A DNA stretch of 64,000 nucleotides from an uncultured delta proteobacterium (GTDB taxonomy: Bacteria > Myxococcota_A > Polyangia > Polyangiales > Houyiibacteriaceae): the NCBI GenBank assembly GCA_963753395.1, contig CAVWBW010000008.1, forward strand, positions 206,511 through 270,510, given 5' to 3'. This document shows, piece after piece, positions 17,294-26,315 of this stretch; the stretch's first letter is position 1, and each line of letters opens with the position of its first letter. Both the position numbers and the translations under genes were made by a program. A model generated the notes under the pieces. That model had not been told where the DNA came from. It did no database searches and saw only the letters and a list, made by a program, of their open reading frames with translations.

Positions 17294-17934
17294 GAGGTAG
17301 CTTGGGTAAGGCGCTCTTCTTTGGCGTCGACGGCATCGACGAAGAGCTTGATGTATTCACCGGCGCTGAACAGCGCCAGGCCGAGACTGATGTAGAGGAG
17401 CACCAAGCCTACGCCCGCAAAATCGAACGCGGTCTGATAGAAGCCAAAGTAGACGGTGTACGTCTGGTGAACGATCAGCATGAGGATCGCGACCATCTGG
17501 AGCGCCGTCTTGTCCTTACCGGCGCGCATCGCCGCCATCACGACGCCCTCGCTCATGGCGATGGTCCGGAGCGCCGTGATCGCGAGCTCTCGTCCGAGCA
17601 TGATGATCACCGCCACGACGCCGAGGAACGGCAGCCGCCCGAGGTACGCGAGCCAGATCAGCGTAGCCATCACGAGGAGCTTGTCGGCGAGCGGATCGAG
17701 GAACTTCCCGAGCACGCTGATCTGGCCCCACCGACGCGCAAGGTACCCATCGATGAGGTCCGTGAGCGCGGTTCCGATGTAGAGAATGGCAGCCCAGAAA
17801 TTCGACTTCGGGGTCCCCTCCCAAAGCAAGAACAGCACACCGGGGATCAGGGCGATGCGGAGCATCGTGAGAAGGTTCGGCAGATTGATTGCGTCGTCTC
17901 GAATGGACGTACGCTTCGGGGTGGCCTCTTCCAT
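17290..17934 (-). CDS. pgsA: CDP-diacylglycerol--glycerol-3-phosphate 3-phosphatidyltransferase
   Basis: CDP-alcohol phosphatidyltransferase motif TDLIDGYLARRWGQISVLGKFLDPLADK. Start trimmed to ATG 17934 (MEEATPKRTS...). Confidence 0.88.
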   Translation of the reverse strand: MEEATPKRTSIRDDAINLPNLLTMLRIALIPGVLFLLWEGTPKSNFWAAILYIGTALTDLIDGYLARRWGQISVLGKFLDPLADKLLVMATLIWLAYLGRLPFLGVVAVIIMLGRELAITALRTIAMSEGVVMAAMRAGKDKTALQMVAILMLIVHQTYTVYFGFYQTAFDFAGVGLVLLYISLGLALFSAGEYIKLFVDAVDAKEERLTQATS

Positions 17935-18079
17935 GGGCCGAGGTGTACCCCAGGATGGGTGTGCCGTCTGCTCCCTAACTTCGTCAGCCTTTAGGCGTAA
18001 GACACCCCCTGCGAACCGCGTATCGGAATGCTTGCATCGAAATCCCCGTATCGACACACTTTGGGCCAGCGGAACCTGG

Positions 18080-19048
18080 ATGTTGGAAGCCACTCGGAAC
18101 GTCGCCGGACGTGCGCGAAGCACCCTCGGCGTAGCGATACAGAACCTAGCCATCCAAGACGCGATCGCTCTGGCGTTCCATGGGTACCTATTCCTGCGCG
18201 TCACGATTGCGCCCGACACCCCCGACGCGACGGTTGGCCGGCGTCTGGCCTTGGCGCTCTTCGTCGTGACCGCATGCTCCATGCTCCTCACCCGCGGCGA
18301 GCTCATCCGCAGCGAACGCGCTCGCGCTCTTACCTATCGCCTCGGCCTGTTCGTCCCGATGGTGCTTTCCTACTTCGAGCTCCGGGTACTCCTCCCGGCG
18401 CTCCAGCCTGACCTGATGGACCACCGACTGTTCGCCATCGACCTCTGGCTCCTCGGGACGACGCCGGCGGTCTGGATGGAAGCATGGAACATCAGGCCCG
18501 TCGTCGAGTGGCTGTCCTTCTTCTACTACAGCCATTTCTTCGTACTGATCGTCATGTTGGTACCGGCCCTCTTCTTTGGTAAAGGCAGACGCCTCCAAGA
18601 GCTGATGGCGGGCGGCATGCTCGTCGTCGCGGCCGGTCACTTGCTCTACACCATCGTGCCCGGCGTCGGCCCATATGCCACCCTCGCCTTCGGACAGCCG
18701 CTACAAGGTGGGTTCTGGTGGGCTCAGGTCGAAGTCACGGTCGCCACCGCAGGAGCGCAGCTCGACATCTTCCCTTCGTTGCACACCGCGTGGCCCGCGT
18801 ATTTCACGCTCCACGCGTTTGCGAACCGGGACTATCCGCCCTTCCGGATCGTCTGGCCCATCCTCGGGTTCATTGCCATCAACATCATCATCGCGACGAT
18901 GTTTCTGCGCTGGCATTGGTTTATCGACGTCGCGATAGGCTTGCTGCTCGCGTTCGCGGCGCGCCGATTCGCGGTCGCGGTGGCTGTCCGGGAAGAGCAG
19001 CGCGGCAACGCCTACGATGGTCGTCAGCCTGTCTGGGAACGCCTCTAG
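18080..19048 (+). CDS. PAP2-superfamily membrane protein (PAP2_C / sphingolipid synthase-like)
   Basis: Multi-TM protein with FPSLHTAW ... FLRWHWFIDV motifs. Start trimmed to ATG 18080 because the upstream part of ORF 17786..19048 overlaps pgsA antisense. Confidence 0.6.
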   Translation: MLEATRNVAGRARSTLGVAIQNLAIQDAIALAFHGYLFLRVTIAPDTPDATVGRRLALALFVVTACSMLLTRGELIRSERARALTYRLGLFVPMVLSYFELRVLLPALQPDLMDHRLFAIDLWLLGTTPAVWMEAWNIRPVVEWLSFFYYSHFFVLIVMLVPALFFGKGRRLQELMAGGMLVVAAGHLLYTIVPGVGPYATLAFGQPLQGGFWWAQVEVTVATAGAQLDIFPSLHTAWPAYFTLHAFANRDYPPFRIVWPILGFIAINIIIATMFLRWHWFIDVAIGLLLAFAARRFAVAVAVREEQRGNAYDGRQPVWERL

Positions 19049-19323
19049 CGGCCCTTCGAGAACGGCCCGACATCGCGTAGGAGCGAATCCGGCACCGGGA
19101 TTTCGGCCGCGTCGTCCATCGCGCGGACCCTGCGTCGGATCCACCAGATCAGGCCGCCGATGAGCGTGAGCGGAACCACCGTGAGAAAGATGGTTGTGTC
19201 CACAAAGGCCTGACGGTTCTCCTCGAGCGGGGACGCGCACGAGGGACATGCGGATGCCGAATCGGCAAGCCACGCCGCGGCCACGACTGCGCAAGTCATC
19301 CACGCGCGGGCGAGGCGAATCAC
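19045..19323 (-). CDS. small membrane-anchored CxxC protein, last gene of the act-cox operon
   Basis: A GTG at 19323 overlaps the upstream stop (GTGA); ATG 19299 is the alternative. Signal-like MIRLARAWMTCAVVAAAWLADSASA is followed by CPSC, then one TM (IFLTVVPLTLIGGLIWWIRRR). Confidence 0.5.
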   Translation of the reverse strand: MIRLARAWMTCAVVAAAWLADSASACPSCASPLEENRQAFVDTTIFLTVVPLTLIGGLIWWIRRRVRAMDDAAEIPVPDSLLRDVGPFSKGR

Positions 19324-19910
19324 AGGTACACCAGCCAATAGAGAATGGGCCAGACGCCAACGACGAAGTACCAAAAAATCTGCGCCGGCCAGAACGTGAA
19401 GCGGTCGAGCTCCTGGTGCGACAACCGCCGGTAGGTGTAGAGCAGAATGATGAAGCCCGCGACGACGTGAAGCGCGTGCGCACCAACGAGGAGATAGAAG
19501 AACCCGCCGAGTTGACCCGAGGTCAGGGTCAGGCCCTCGCCGATCAGCGCGACCCATTCCGCACCCTGAAAGACCACGAAGAAGCCGCCGAGCGCGATTG
19601 AAATTCCGAGCAAGCGCTTGGTGTTTGGCGTGTCGTTCTTGAACGCCCGGTTGGCGAAGTAGAGGACGACTCCGCTAACAAGCAGCGCGGCCGTATTGAG
19701 CGCTGTCTCCTCCACAGGCAAGCGCGGCTGCCCCGGAGGGGGCCATCCGCCGATCGCGTTGCTCTTGCCGATGACGAACGCGCTGATGAGCCCCGAGAAG
19801 AACATGATCTCGGTCGCCACGAACATCAGCATGCCGAGCACGCCATTCGGAAGCACGGGCTCGCGCCTGACCGGAACGCCGTACGGGCGACCTAGTGCAT
19901 CATCAGGCAT
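19320..19910 (-). CDS. heme-copper oxidase subunit III family protein (second paralogue)
   Basis: MLMFVATEIMFFSGLISAF..., LLVGAHALHVVAGFIILLY and FWYFVVGVWPILY are typical COX3 helices. Confidence 0.8.
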   Translation of the reverse strand: MPDDALGRPYGVPVRREPVLPNGVLGMLMFVATEIMFFSGLISAFVIGKSNAIGGWPPPGQPRLPVEETALNTAALLVSGVVLYFANRAFKNDTPNTKRLLGISIALGGFFVVFQGAEWVALIGEGLTLTSGQLGGFFYLLVGAHALHVVAGFIILLYTYRRLSHQELDRFTFWPAQIFWYFVVGVWPILYWLVYL

Positions 19911-19928
19911 GCGCGCGTCCTCCTCTCT

Positions 19929-20354
19929 CTAGTGTCCAGCTTCGTGCCCTGCGCCGTGCTCAGCGTGGCCTGCTTCACCCTGCTCTGTGAGGGCTCGCTC
20001 GATTTCAGCCTTCGCCGAGACATTCTCCCAGTTCTGGCCGTCGTGCTTCATCACATCTGGGGCCACACCCGCGAAGAACAAGAGCATGAACATGAGCATC
20101 GTGGCGAGCATGTACGAGATGTACTTCTTTTCGACGTTGAGATGCATGAAGTTGGCGGCAACGAGGTACGCCTTCACGACTGCGATCCCGAAGGCGAAGA
20201 TGATCGTCCACATCCAGGCCTTCATGAACCCGACCTCGATGTGGGGCGCCACGATGGGGCCCAAGATGCTGATGACGAGCAGAACCAGCAGCACAGCCCA
20301 GATCTTCACGTAGTGAGCTTGCCCGTGGTCGTGTTCTTCGGTGTGTTCGGCCAT
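19929..20354 (-). CDS. cytochrome c oxidase subunit IV (prokaryotic COX4 family) with His-rich termini
   Basis: HYVKIWAVLLVLLVISILG...VKAYLVAANFMHL pattern. His-rich ends HTEEHDHGQAH and EAGHAEHGAGHEAGH. Confidence 0.75.
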   Translation of the reverse strand: MAEHTEEHDHGQAHYVKIWAVLLVLLVISILGPIVAPHIEVGFMKAWMWTIIFAFGIAVVKAYLVAANFMHLNVEKKYISYMLATMLMFMLLFFAGVAPDVMKHDGQNWENVSAKAEIERALTEQGEAGHAEHGAGHEAGH

Positions 20355-20366
20355 GTCCGTCAGTCC

Positions 20367-20945
20367 TTACTTGGCGATGTAGAGCAGCGGGAAGAGGAAG
20401 ATCCACACGATGTCGACGAAGTGCCAGTAGATCCCGATCAGCTCGACCCGGTGGAGCTCCTGGCCCTTCCACACCTGCCTCGCAATGATTAACATGATGA
20501 TGCAGCCCGCGATGACGTGGAGGGCGTGGATGCCAGCGGCAGTGTAGTAGAAGCTCCAGAATCCGTTGGCGGTGATCGTGTAGCCGTGCGTGATCTCGAT
20601 CGTCCACTCGACTGCCTTGATGCAGGCGAAGGTCGCGCCGCCCGCGCAGGTGGCGAGCAGCCATTTGGCTGCCTTCTTGCCGTCGCCATGCTCCGCCGCG
20701 TAGTGGGCGAGGACCGCGAACAGCGACGAGGTCAGCAGCACGAATGTATTGGCGCCGCCAAACCAAGTGTTGGTGTGCGATGCGTACTCGGCCCACTCCG
20801 GGTGGCCGATGCGGTGCATGATGTACGACGCGAGCAGGCCGCCGAAGATCACGATTTCCGAGCCGATGACCCACCATACGGCGAGCTTGCCCGTCGGGAT
20901 CCCCGTGGCGCTTCTGGTCGTTGCTATGGGCTTTGTCATGCTCAT
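20367..20945 (-). CDS. ctaE: cytochrome c oxidase subunit III
   Basis: Start trimmed to ATG 20945 (MSMTKPIATT...). FYYTAAGIHALHVIAG and IYWHFVDIVWIFLFPLLYI motifs. Confidence 0.88.
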   Translation of the reverse strand: MSMTKPIATTRSATGIPTGKLAVWWVIGSEIVIFGGLLASYIMHRIGHPEWAEYASHTNTWFGGANTFVLLTSSLFAVLAHYAAEHGDGKKAAKWLLATCAGGATFACIKAVEWTIEITHGYTITANGFWSFYYTAAGIHALHVIAGCIIMLIIARQVWKGQELHRVELIGIYWHFVDIVWIFLFPLLYIAK

Positions 20946-20955
20946 CGATGTCTCG

Positions 20956-22698
20956 CTATTCGGCGGGTGCTGTGTCCGGTGGGACGTCTTGCGGCCAGTA
21001 GTCCTCTTCGCGACCCGGCACGCTGTACTCGTACGGGCCGCGGTAGCAGTTCGGCAGGCCCTCCGGCCAGTTGCCATGAGGAGGCGGCGACTCGGCAGTC
21101 CACTCGAGGGTATTGGACTTCCATGGGTTCTTGCCGGCCGGCTTTCCCTTGAACATGCTCACCACGAAGTTGATGAGGAAAATCGCCTGGAAGGCGAGCA
21201 TCACGAGCATGGCAGAGGTCGCAAGAACGCGAAGATCCTGAAGCACAGCCAGATCCGGGAAGTTCTGGAAGTTGTAGATGCGCCGATGCTGCCCGGCCGT
21301 CCCTAGAATGAACAGCGGAATGAAGATGAAGTTGAACGATACGATCGTGCCCCAGAAGTGAATCTTCCCGAGCCGCTCATCCATCATCCGGCCAAACATC
21401 TTCGGGAACCAGTACGTGACCCCCGCAAAGAACCCGATGATCGCGATGGGGAAGAAAGTGTAGTGGAAGTGGGCGAGCACGAAGTACGTGTCGTGGAAGT
21501 AGATGTCCGAGCCGCTGGCGCCGAGGAAGATGCCGGTGATGCCGCCAATGAGGAACTCGGCGATGAAGGCGAGAGCCCAAAGCATCGGCGTGGCCAGCCG
21601 GATCTTGCCGCCATAGAGTGTGGCGATGTACAAGAACAACATCTCTGCGATCGGGATCGAAATGATCAGCGTGGTGATCGTGAAGATGTTGGCCATACGC
21701 GGGTCGATCCCAGCGACGAACTGGTGGTGCGCCCAAACGAAGAAGCTGATGATCCCAGTCGCGAAGGCAGTGTAGAGAATCAGCTTGTAGTTGAAGAGCT
21801 TCTTCCGCGAGAACGTCGTGATGATCTCTGCCATGATCCCCATCGCTGGCAGAAGCACGACGTAAACCTCCGGGTGCCCGAAAAACCAGAACAAGTGCTG
21901 CCAAAGGATCGGGTCGCCGCCGCGATTCGGGTCGAAGTAGCCGGTTCCCACGACCTGGTCCATGAACAGCATCACGGCGCCGGCGATGAGCGGCCCGACC
22001 GAGGCCATGAAGAGGATGCTTGCGATGACGATCATCCAAAGAACCATGGGAATGTCGTGCATCTTCATGCCCGGCGCGCGCGAGTTCATCAGCGTAGTGA
22101 TGAAGTTGATGCCGCCCAACAAGAACGCGACGAACTCGAGCGCCACCGCAACGAGCCAGAGCGTAGAGCCGAGGGGCGTGAGGTTGTACTCCGCGCTGGC
22201 CGAGAGCGGTGGATAAGACGTCCACGCGCCGCCGAAGCCGCCACCGGGCACGAAGAACGACGCGATGAGAATGATCGCGCTGAGTAGGAAGATTTGGTAG
22301 GAGAGCCGGTTGATGCGCGGGAACACCATGTCGTCCGCGCCGATCATCAACGGGATCAGAAAGTTGCCGAACGCCGCAATCAGCACCGGCATGGCAACCC
22401 AGAAAATCATGATCGTGCCGTGGTTCGTCACGAGCGAGTTGTATTCGCCCTGCGACACGACGCCGAAGCCGGGGACGCTCTCGCCCGGGAAGGCGAGCTG
22501 CATGCGGAACGCATACGACATGTACCCGCCGATGAGCGCCATCACGATTCCGGTGAACATATACTGCATCCCGATGATCTTGTGATCGGTCGAGAAGATG
22601 TACTTGCTCAAGAAGCTCTGCTCGTGGTGAGCGTCGTGCCCATGTCCATGTGCATCATGGACGCCGTGTGTTTCTACTACTGTGCCTGCTTCAGCCAT
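20956..22698 (-). CDS. ctaD: cytochrome c oxidase subunit I
   Basis: WFFGHPEVYVVLLPAMGIMAEII and FVWAHHQF canonical motifs. Start trimmed to ATG 22698, 11 nt after the subunit II stop. Confidence 0.95.
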   Translation of the reverse strand: MAEAGTVVETHGVHDAHGHGHDAHHEQSFLSKYIFSTDHKIIGMQYMFTGIVMALIGGYMSYAFRMQLAFPGESVPGFGVVSQGEYNSLVTNHGTIMIFWVAMPVLIAAFGNFLIPLMIGADDMVFPRINRLSYQIFLLSAIILIASFFVPGGGFGGAWTSYPPLSASAEYNLTPLGSTLWLVAVALEFVAFLLGGINFITTLMNSRAPGMKMHDIPMVLWMIVIASILFMASVGPLIAGAVMLFMDQVVGTGYFDPNRGGDPILWQHLFWFFGHPEVYVVLLPAMGIMAEIITTFSRKKLFNYKLILYTAFATGIISFFVWAHHQFVAGIDPRMANIFTITTLIISIPIAEMLFLYIATLYGGKIRLATPMLWALAFIAEFLIGGITGIFLGASGSDIYFHDTYFVLAHFHYTFFPIAIIGFFAGVTYWFPKMFGRMMDERLGKIHFWGTIVSFNFIFIPLFILGTAGQHRRIYNFQNFPDLAVLQDLRVLATSAMLVMLAFQAIFLINFVVSMFKGKPAGKNPWKSNTLEWTAESPPPHGNWPEGLPNCYRGPYEYSVPGREEDYWPQDVPPDTAPAE

Positions 22699-22709
22699 GA
22701 CCCATCCAT

Positions 22710-23453
22710 TCAGCGGGAAACGAGCTTGCCCGAGCTGCCCTGCGACATCCAAGCCGCGTGTTCTTCAGGGGTCTCCACGACGATGCGCGCGCCCATGAGA
22801 CCGTGACCAATGCCGCACATCTCGGCGCACTGGATGTCCCATTCCCCAACCTCGGTCGGCTCGAACCAGCCCTTCATCACGCGTCCAGGAATCGCGTCCT
22901 GCTTCAACCGAAATACGGGAACGGAGAAGTCGTGGAGCACGTCTCTCGAAATGAGCTCGTAGTGATATGTTCGACCCAGCTCGACATGCAGCTGGTTGAA
23001 CGTAGTGATGTCATCCTCGGTGTCGAGCTCGTTATCAGGACCCGGGTGAACGAAGTTCCACGCCCATTGCTGCGCGACGATGCGGACGGTGCTGTCCGCC
23101 TCCGGAAGACGCTGCTTGATATTGTACCAAACCATGACGGCCATGAAGACGATCACGAGGTCGCACAGGATGATCGCAGCATGGGGATAGGTGATCCAAC
23201 GCTTGAGATCCTTCTCTTCGCCAGTGACGTACTGCGCGCGTCGACCGTCGCCCTTGTCCCGGAAACGGAAAATCAGAAAGAAGAACGCTGCGTAAGCGAG
23301 TAGCGCCCAGAAACCGACGAAGACCGCCACCAGTGCGATGAGCGAGTCGATGTCGTCGGCAAATGACGAGGCGACGGGCACATTCGAGGCGATCAGATAC
23401 TCGCCGAATGGCTCGAAGATTCCTTTAATGAAGTCGTAGATTCCCTGAAGCAT
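22710..23453 (-). CDS. ctaC: cytochrome c oxidase subunit II (CuA)
   Basis: CuA motif HDFSVPVFRLKQDAIPG...CAEMCGIGHGLM. ATG 23453 is preceded by AGAGGG. No fused cytochrome c domain. Confidence 0.92.
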   Translation of the reverse strand: MLQGIYDFIKGIFEPFGEYLIASNVPVASSFADDIDSLIALVAVFVGFWALLAYAAFFFLIFRFRDKGDGRRAQYVTGEEKDLKRWITYPHAAIILCDLVIVFMAVMVWYNIKQRLPEADSTVRIVAQQWAWNFVHPGPDNELDTEDDITTFNQLHVELGRTYHYELISRDVLHDFSVPVFRLKQDAIPGRVMKGWFEPTEVGEWDIQCAEMCGIGHGLMGARIVVETPEEHAAWMSQGSSGKLVSR

Positions 23454-23469
23454 TCGACCCTCTACCCGT

Positions 23470-23580
23470 TCAGCGCAAAATAAAGGCGAAGACGACACCG
23501 ACGTAGATCACAGCGCCAACCATTGTCCACTTCCACCAGAAGTACGCCTCATTGTCGGGATCCCGTGATTTGCCAGCCAT
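23470..23580 (-). CDS. unannotated 36-aa single-TM ORF between the diheme cytochrome c and ctaC
   Basis: My own translation: MAGKSRDPDNEAYFWWKWTMVGAVIYVGVVFAFILR*. It starts 20 nt after the upstream stop (GAGGA about 11 nt upstream) and ends 16 nt before ctaC. It is below the ORF-track length cutoff. Confidence 0.5.
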   Translation of the reverse strand: MAGKSRDPDNEAYFWWKWTMVGAVIYVGVVFAFILR

Positions 23581-23600
23581 GTGTTGTTCGTCCTCGCACC

Positions 23601-24251
23601 CTACTCGGAGAGGCTGCCAATGTACGCGATGACGTCCTTCATCGCTTGTTCAGTCGGCAATGTCATCGAAAATGGTCGCATCTTGGCGCCTGTGACGTCG
23701 CCCGGATGCGTGCCGCGAATACCCGCTTTGAAGTTCTGGAGCTGTGTCAACAGATACCAGTCGCTCGCGCCCGCCAGCGGCGGCCCGAACTGGTCGATGT
23801 TGCCCCGCGCGTTTGCGCCGTGGCACTGTACGCAGGTCGCGAAGTAGATCTTACCCGTCTCGGGGTTTCCACCCTCGAGCGTCGGCGCGGGATTCGTCGG
23901 CGGGAGGCCGGCGACGTAAGCCGATACCAGATCGAGGTTCTGGTCGGTTTTCAGCGCGCGGGCCATCGGCTGCATGCGTTTGCCTGCAAGGTCCTCGATA
24001 TGCCAGCCGCGGTAGCCCGCCTTGAAGCCGCGAAGCTGACGCTTGGTGTACCAGCGTTCGAGACCGGCTATTGAAGGGGCTCCCACTGCTTGGTTGCCCT
24101 CGCCGTTCTCGCCGTGGCATTGCACACAGCCATCGTAGAGCTGCTGGCTGTACTCCAGGCTCGCTTTGTCCGGGCTTGGATCCTGACAACCGACAAGCAG
24201 CGTCGACAGCCCGAGCAAGAGCGAAACACCGATCCGCACCATGTTCATCAT
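23601..24251 (-). CDS. diheme c-type cytochrome lipoprotein
   Basis: Two CVQCH heme-binding motifs, a lipobox LLVGC, and an ATGA overlap with the upstream gene. Confidence 0.88.
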   Translation of the reverse strand: MMNMVRIGVSLLLGLSTLLVGCQDPSPDKASLEYSQQLYDGCVQCHGENGEGNQAVGAPSIAGLERWYTKRQLRGFKAGYRGWHIEDLAGKRMQPMARALKTDQNLDLVSAYVAGLPPTNPAPTLEGGNPETGKIYFATCVQCHGANARGNIDQFGPPLAGASDWYLLTQLQNFKAGIRGTHPGDVTGAKMRPFSMTLPTEQAMKDVIAYIGSLSE

Positions 24252-24895
24252 CCGCCCTTCCCGAGCGACTTGAGATAGGCCACCAGCGCGTCGAGCTCCT
24301 CCTGTGGGAGGTTGTAGGGAGGCATGACCTTTCCATAGCCCTGCACGACCTGGTCCCAGGAGTTCGAGATCGACGTCGCCAAGTAGGTCTCATCCGCGAT
24401 GACCGTCTCGCCGCTCACGAGCAGCCGCTCCATGCCGAACAGGCCTTTCCAGTTCGGGCACGGCTGCTGCTTCACGCCGTCCACGCCGTGACATGCCACG
24501 CAGCCCTTGCTGTTGCTCAGCTTCTGGCCCCAGCACGCCATGGGATCCGCCGCCCCGGCGCACTCGGGGGGTATCGCGACATCGCCAGGGGCGGCCGCGA
24601 CGGCGACGGCAAAGGACCAACCGTTGATCGCGGACTCGTCTTCCGACGGTTTCGGCTCGACCGCTGGGAAAGCCGTGCGCGGACTCGCGCTATACTCCGC
24701 CATGGCCTGACTGATCGGCTTGGTCCCGTTCTCGAGCGCGTCCTTCTGCTGGCGCGTCACGATGTCGTATTCGTCGTCCGGCGACGGCGCCTTGGCCGAC
24801 TCTCCCTGACCACAGCCCGCTCCAAACGCGAACACGGCGGACACCGCTGCGAGGATGCGAAGCGTGGCAAATCGTGTGTTGTACTTCGTACTCAT
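24248..24895 (-). CDS. monoheme c-type cytochrome lipoprotein
   Basis: CVACHGVDG heme motif with a distal MPPY. Start trimmed to ATG 24895 (MSTKYNTRFATLRILAAVSAVFAFGAGC lipobox). Confidence 0.85.
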   Translation of the reverse strand: MSTKYNTRFATLRILAAVSAVFAFGAGCGQGESAKAPSPDDEYDIVTRQQKDALENGTKPISQAMAEYSASPRTAFPAVEPKPSEDESAINGWSFAVAVAAAPGDVAIPPECAGAADPMACWGQKLSNSKGCVACHGVDGVKQQPCPNWKGLFGMERLLVSGETVIADETYLATSISNSWDQVVQGYGKVMPPYNLPQEELDALVAYLKSLGKGG

Positions 24896-24905
24896 CCGTG
24901 CACGC

Positions 24906-26315
24906 TCAGTGTGTTTGGTGGTGGTGAAGGCTCTTCGGAAGCCGTGGATCGCCAACCGGCACCAGCGGGACCCTCCCGAGCTGCCAGAAGACGTACGTAA
25001 AGAAGAGGCCACCGACGAAGAGCAGCGCCCCCACGTCCGCCGGCGAGACGCTGAAGCCTCCGGCCTGCGGCAGAACGAACCAGTAGATGTCGACGACGTG
25101 CATCAGGATGAGCCAAAAGCACATCACTTGAAGCCAACGAAGGTTGAGCTTCTGAACGCGCGAGATCAGAAGAAGGAACGGCGCCACGAAGTGACCGAAG
25201 ATCAGCAGGTAGGCGATGAACTGCCAGCCTTCTGCCCAACGGCGATGGTACCAAGTCGCTTCCTCTGGAATTCCGGCGTACCAAATCAACATCCACTGTG
25301 AAAAGGACACGTAGGTCCAGAAGCAGACGAAACCAAACATCAGCTTGCTGAGGTCGTGGAAGTGGACCGGAGTGATCGCGTCGCCGGTGAGGCCGCGCCT
25401 GTAGAAGCTGAGCGCGACGAGAATCGTCGTTGCCAAAATGGTGACCGCCGAGCCGGCGAAGATGATGACGCCATAGATCGTCGAGAACCAGGCCGCCTCG
25501 AGCGACATGAGCCAATCGAATGCGGCGAAGGTCAGCGAGCCTGCGAACAAGATCAAAGACGCTGGCGCCAGGCTCTGCATCCGCAGGGTGTGCTTGGGAT
25601 CGTGGTCGACGTCTTGGCGCCGGGACCAACCGAAGTAGGCCAGCGCGATCAGCGACCAGAGGATGAGGTAGACGATCGCGCGCGCTGCCCAGCCCTTCGT
25701 GTTCAGGTAGCCGGTCTTGTCCGCCACGATCTGGTGGTGGGCCGCCGTCTCCTGCGCGGTATGGGAGTGGCCTTCTTCGTGCCCGGCGGCGTCCCCATGC
25801 GCCGCATGGTCGCCATGACCGTCGCCGCCGTCCTGCGCGTGCGCGACGCTCGCTCCAAGGGCAAGTCCGCCGTGTTCCTCGTGACCCTCTTCATCCGACG
25901 CCGAGTCGGACTCGGAGTCCGAGTCCTCGTGCTCGGCCCCGTGATCGCCGTGTGCGGCCACGCTTTGCCACTCGTTGTAGATGTCGATTTTGCCGAGGAC
26001 GACGCCACCGATGAACGGCAGTGCGAGGAGCGCCACAACGGGCGCCCCCGACATGATGACTTCGGCAATGCGACGAGACGTGACGCCCCAGTGCGAAGCG
26101 GTCATGAACTGGATCAGGACCAGGAAGAGGCCGCCCAGCATGAACGTGGCGACGGTGAAGAGAGCGAAGAGGTAGGAGTACCCGAGGCGGCCAGGTCCGG
26201 CCGTCACCCACGCGAGGAGGCCGCCGACCACCGCAAGCACGAGCGGTGTAACCCACGCGCGCGCCCAGAAGCCATCGTTGCCGACTCGATAGTCTTTGTT
26301 GTTCGCGTCCGTCAC
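24906..26315 (-). CDS. actF: Alternative Complex III subunit ActF (polytopic membrane subunit) with a His/Asp/Glu-rich insertion
   Basis: The position after actE and the multi-TM profile fit ActF. A GTG at 26315 overlaps the actE stop (GTGA). The 75-aa loop AAHGDHGAEHEDSDSESDSASDEEGHEEHGG...HGDHAAHGDAAGHEEGHSH maps to 25731-25958. Confidence 0.8.
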   Translation of the reverse strand: MTDANNKDYRVGNDGFWARAWVTPLVLAVVGGLLAWVTAGPGRLGYSYLFALFTVATFMLGGLFLVLIQFMTASHWGVTSRRIAEVIMSGAPVVALLALPFIGGVVLGKIDIYNEWQSVAAHGDHGAEHEDSDSESDSASDEEGHEEHGGLALGASVAHAQDGGDGHGDHAAHGDAAGHEEGHSHTAQETAAHHQIVADKTGYLNTKGWAARAIVYLILWSLIALAYFGWSRRQDVDHDPKHTLRMQSLAPASLILFAGSLTFAAFDWLMSLEAAWFSTIYGVIIFAGSAVTILATTILVALSFYRRGLTGDAITPVHFHDLSKLMFGFVCFWTYVSFSQWMLIWYAGIPEEATWYHRRWAEGWQFIAYLLIFGHFVAPFLLLISRVQKLNLRWLQVMCFWLILMHVVDIYWFVLPQAGGFSVSPADVGALLFVGGLFFTYVFWQLGRVPLVPVGDPRLPKSLHHHQTH

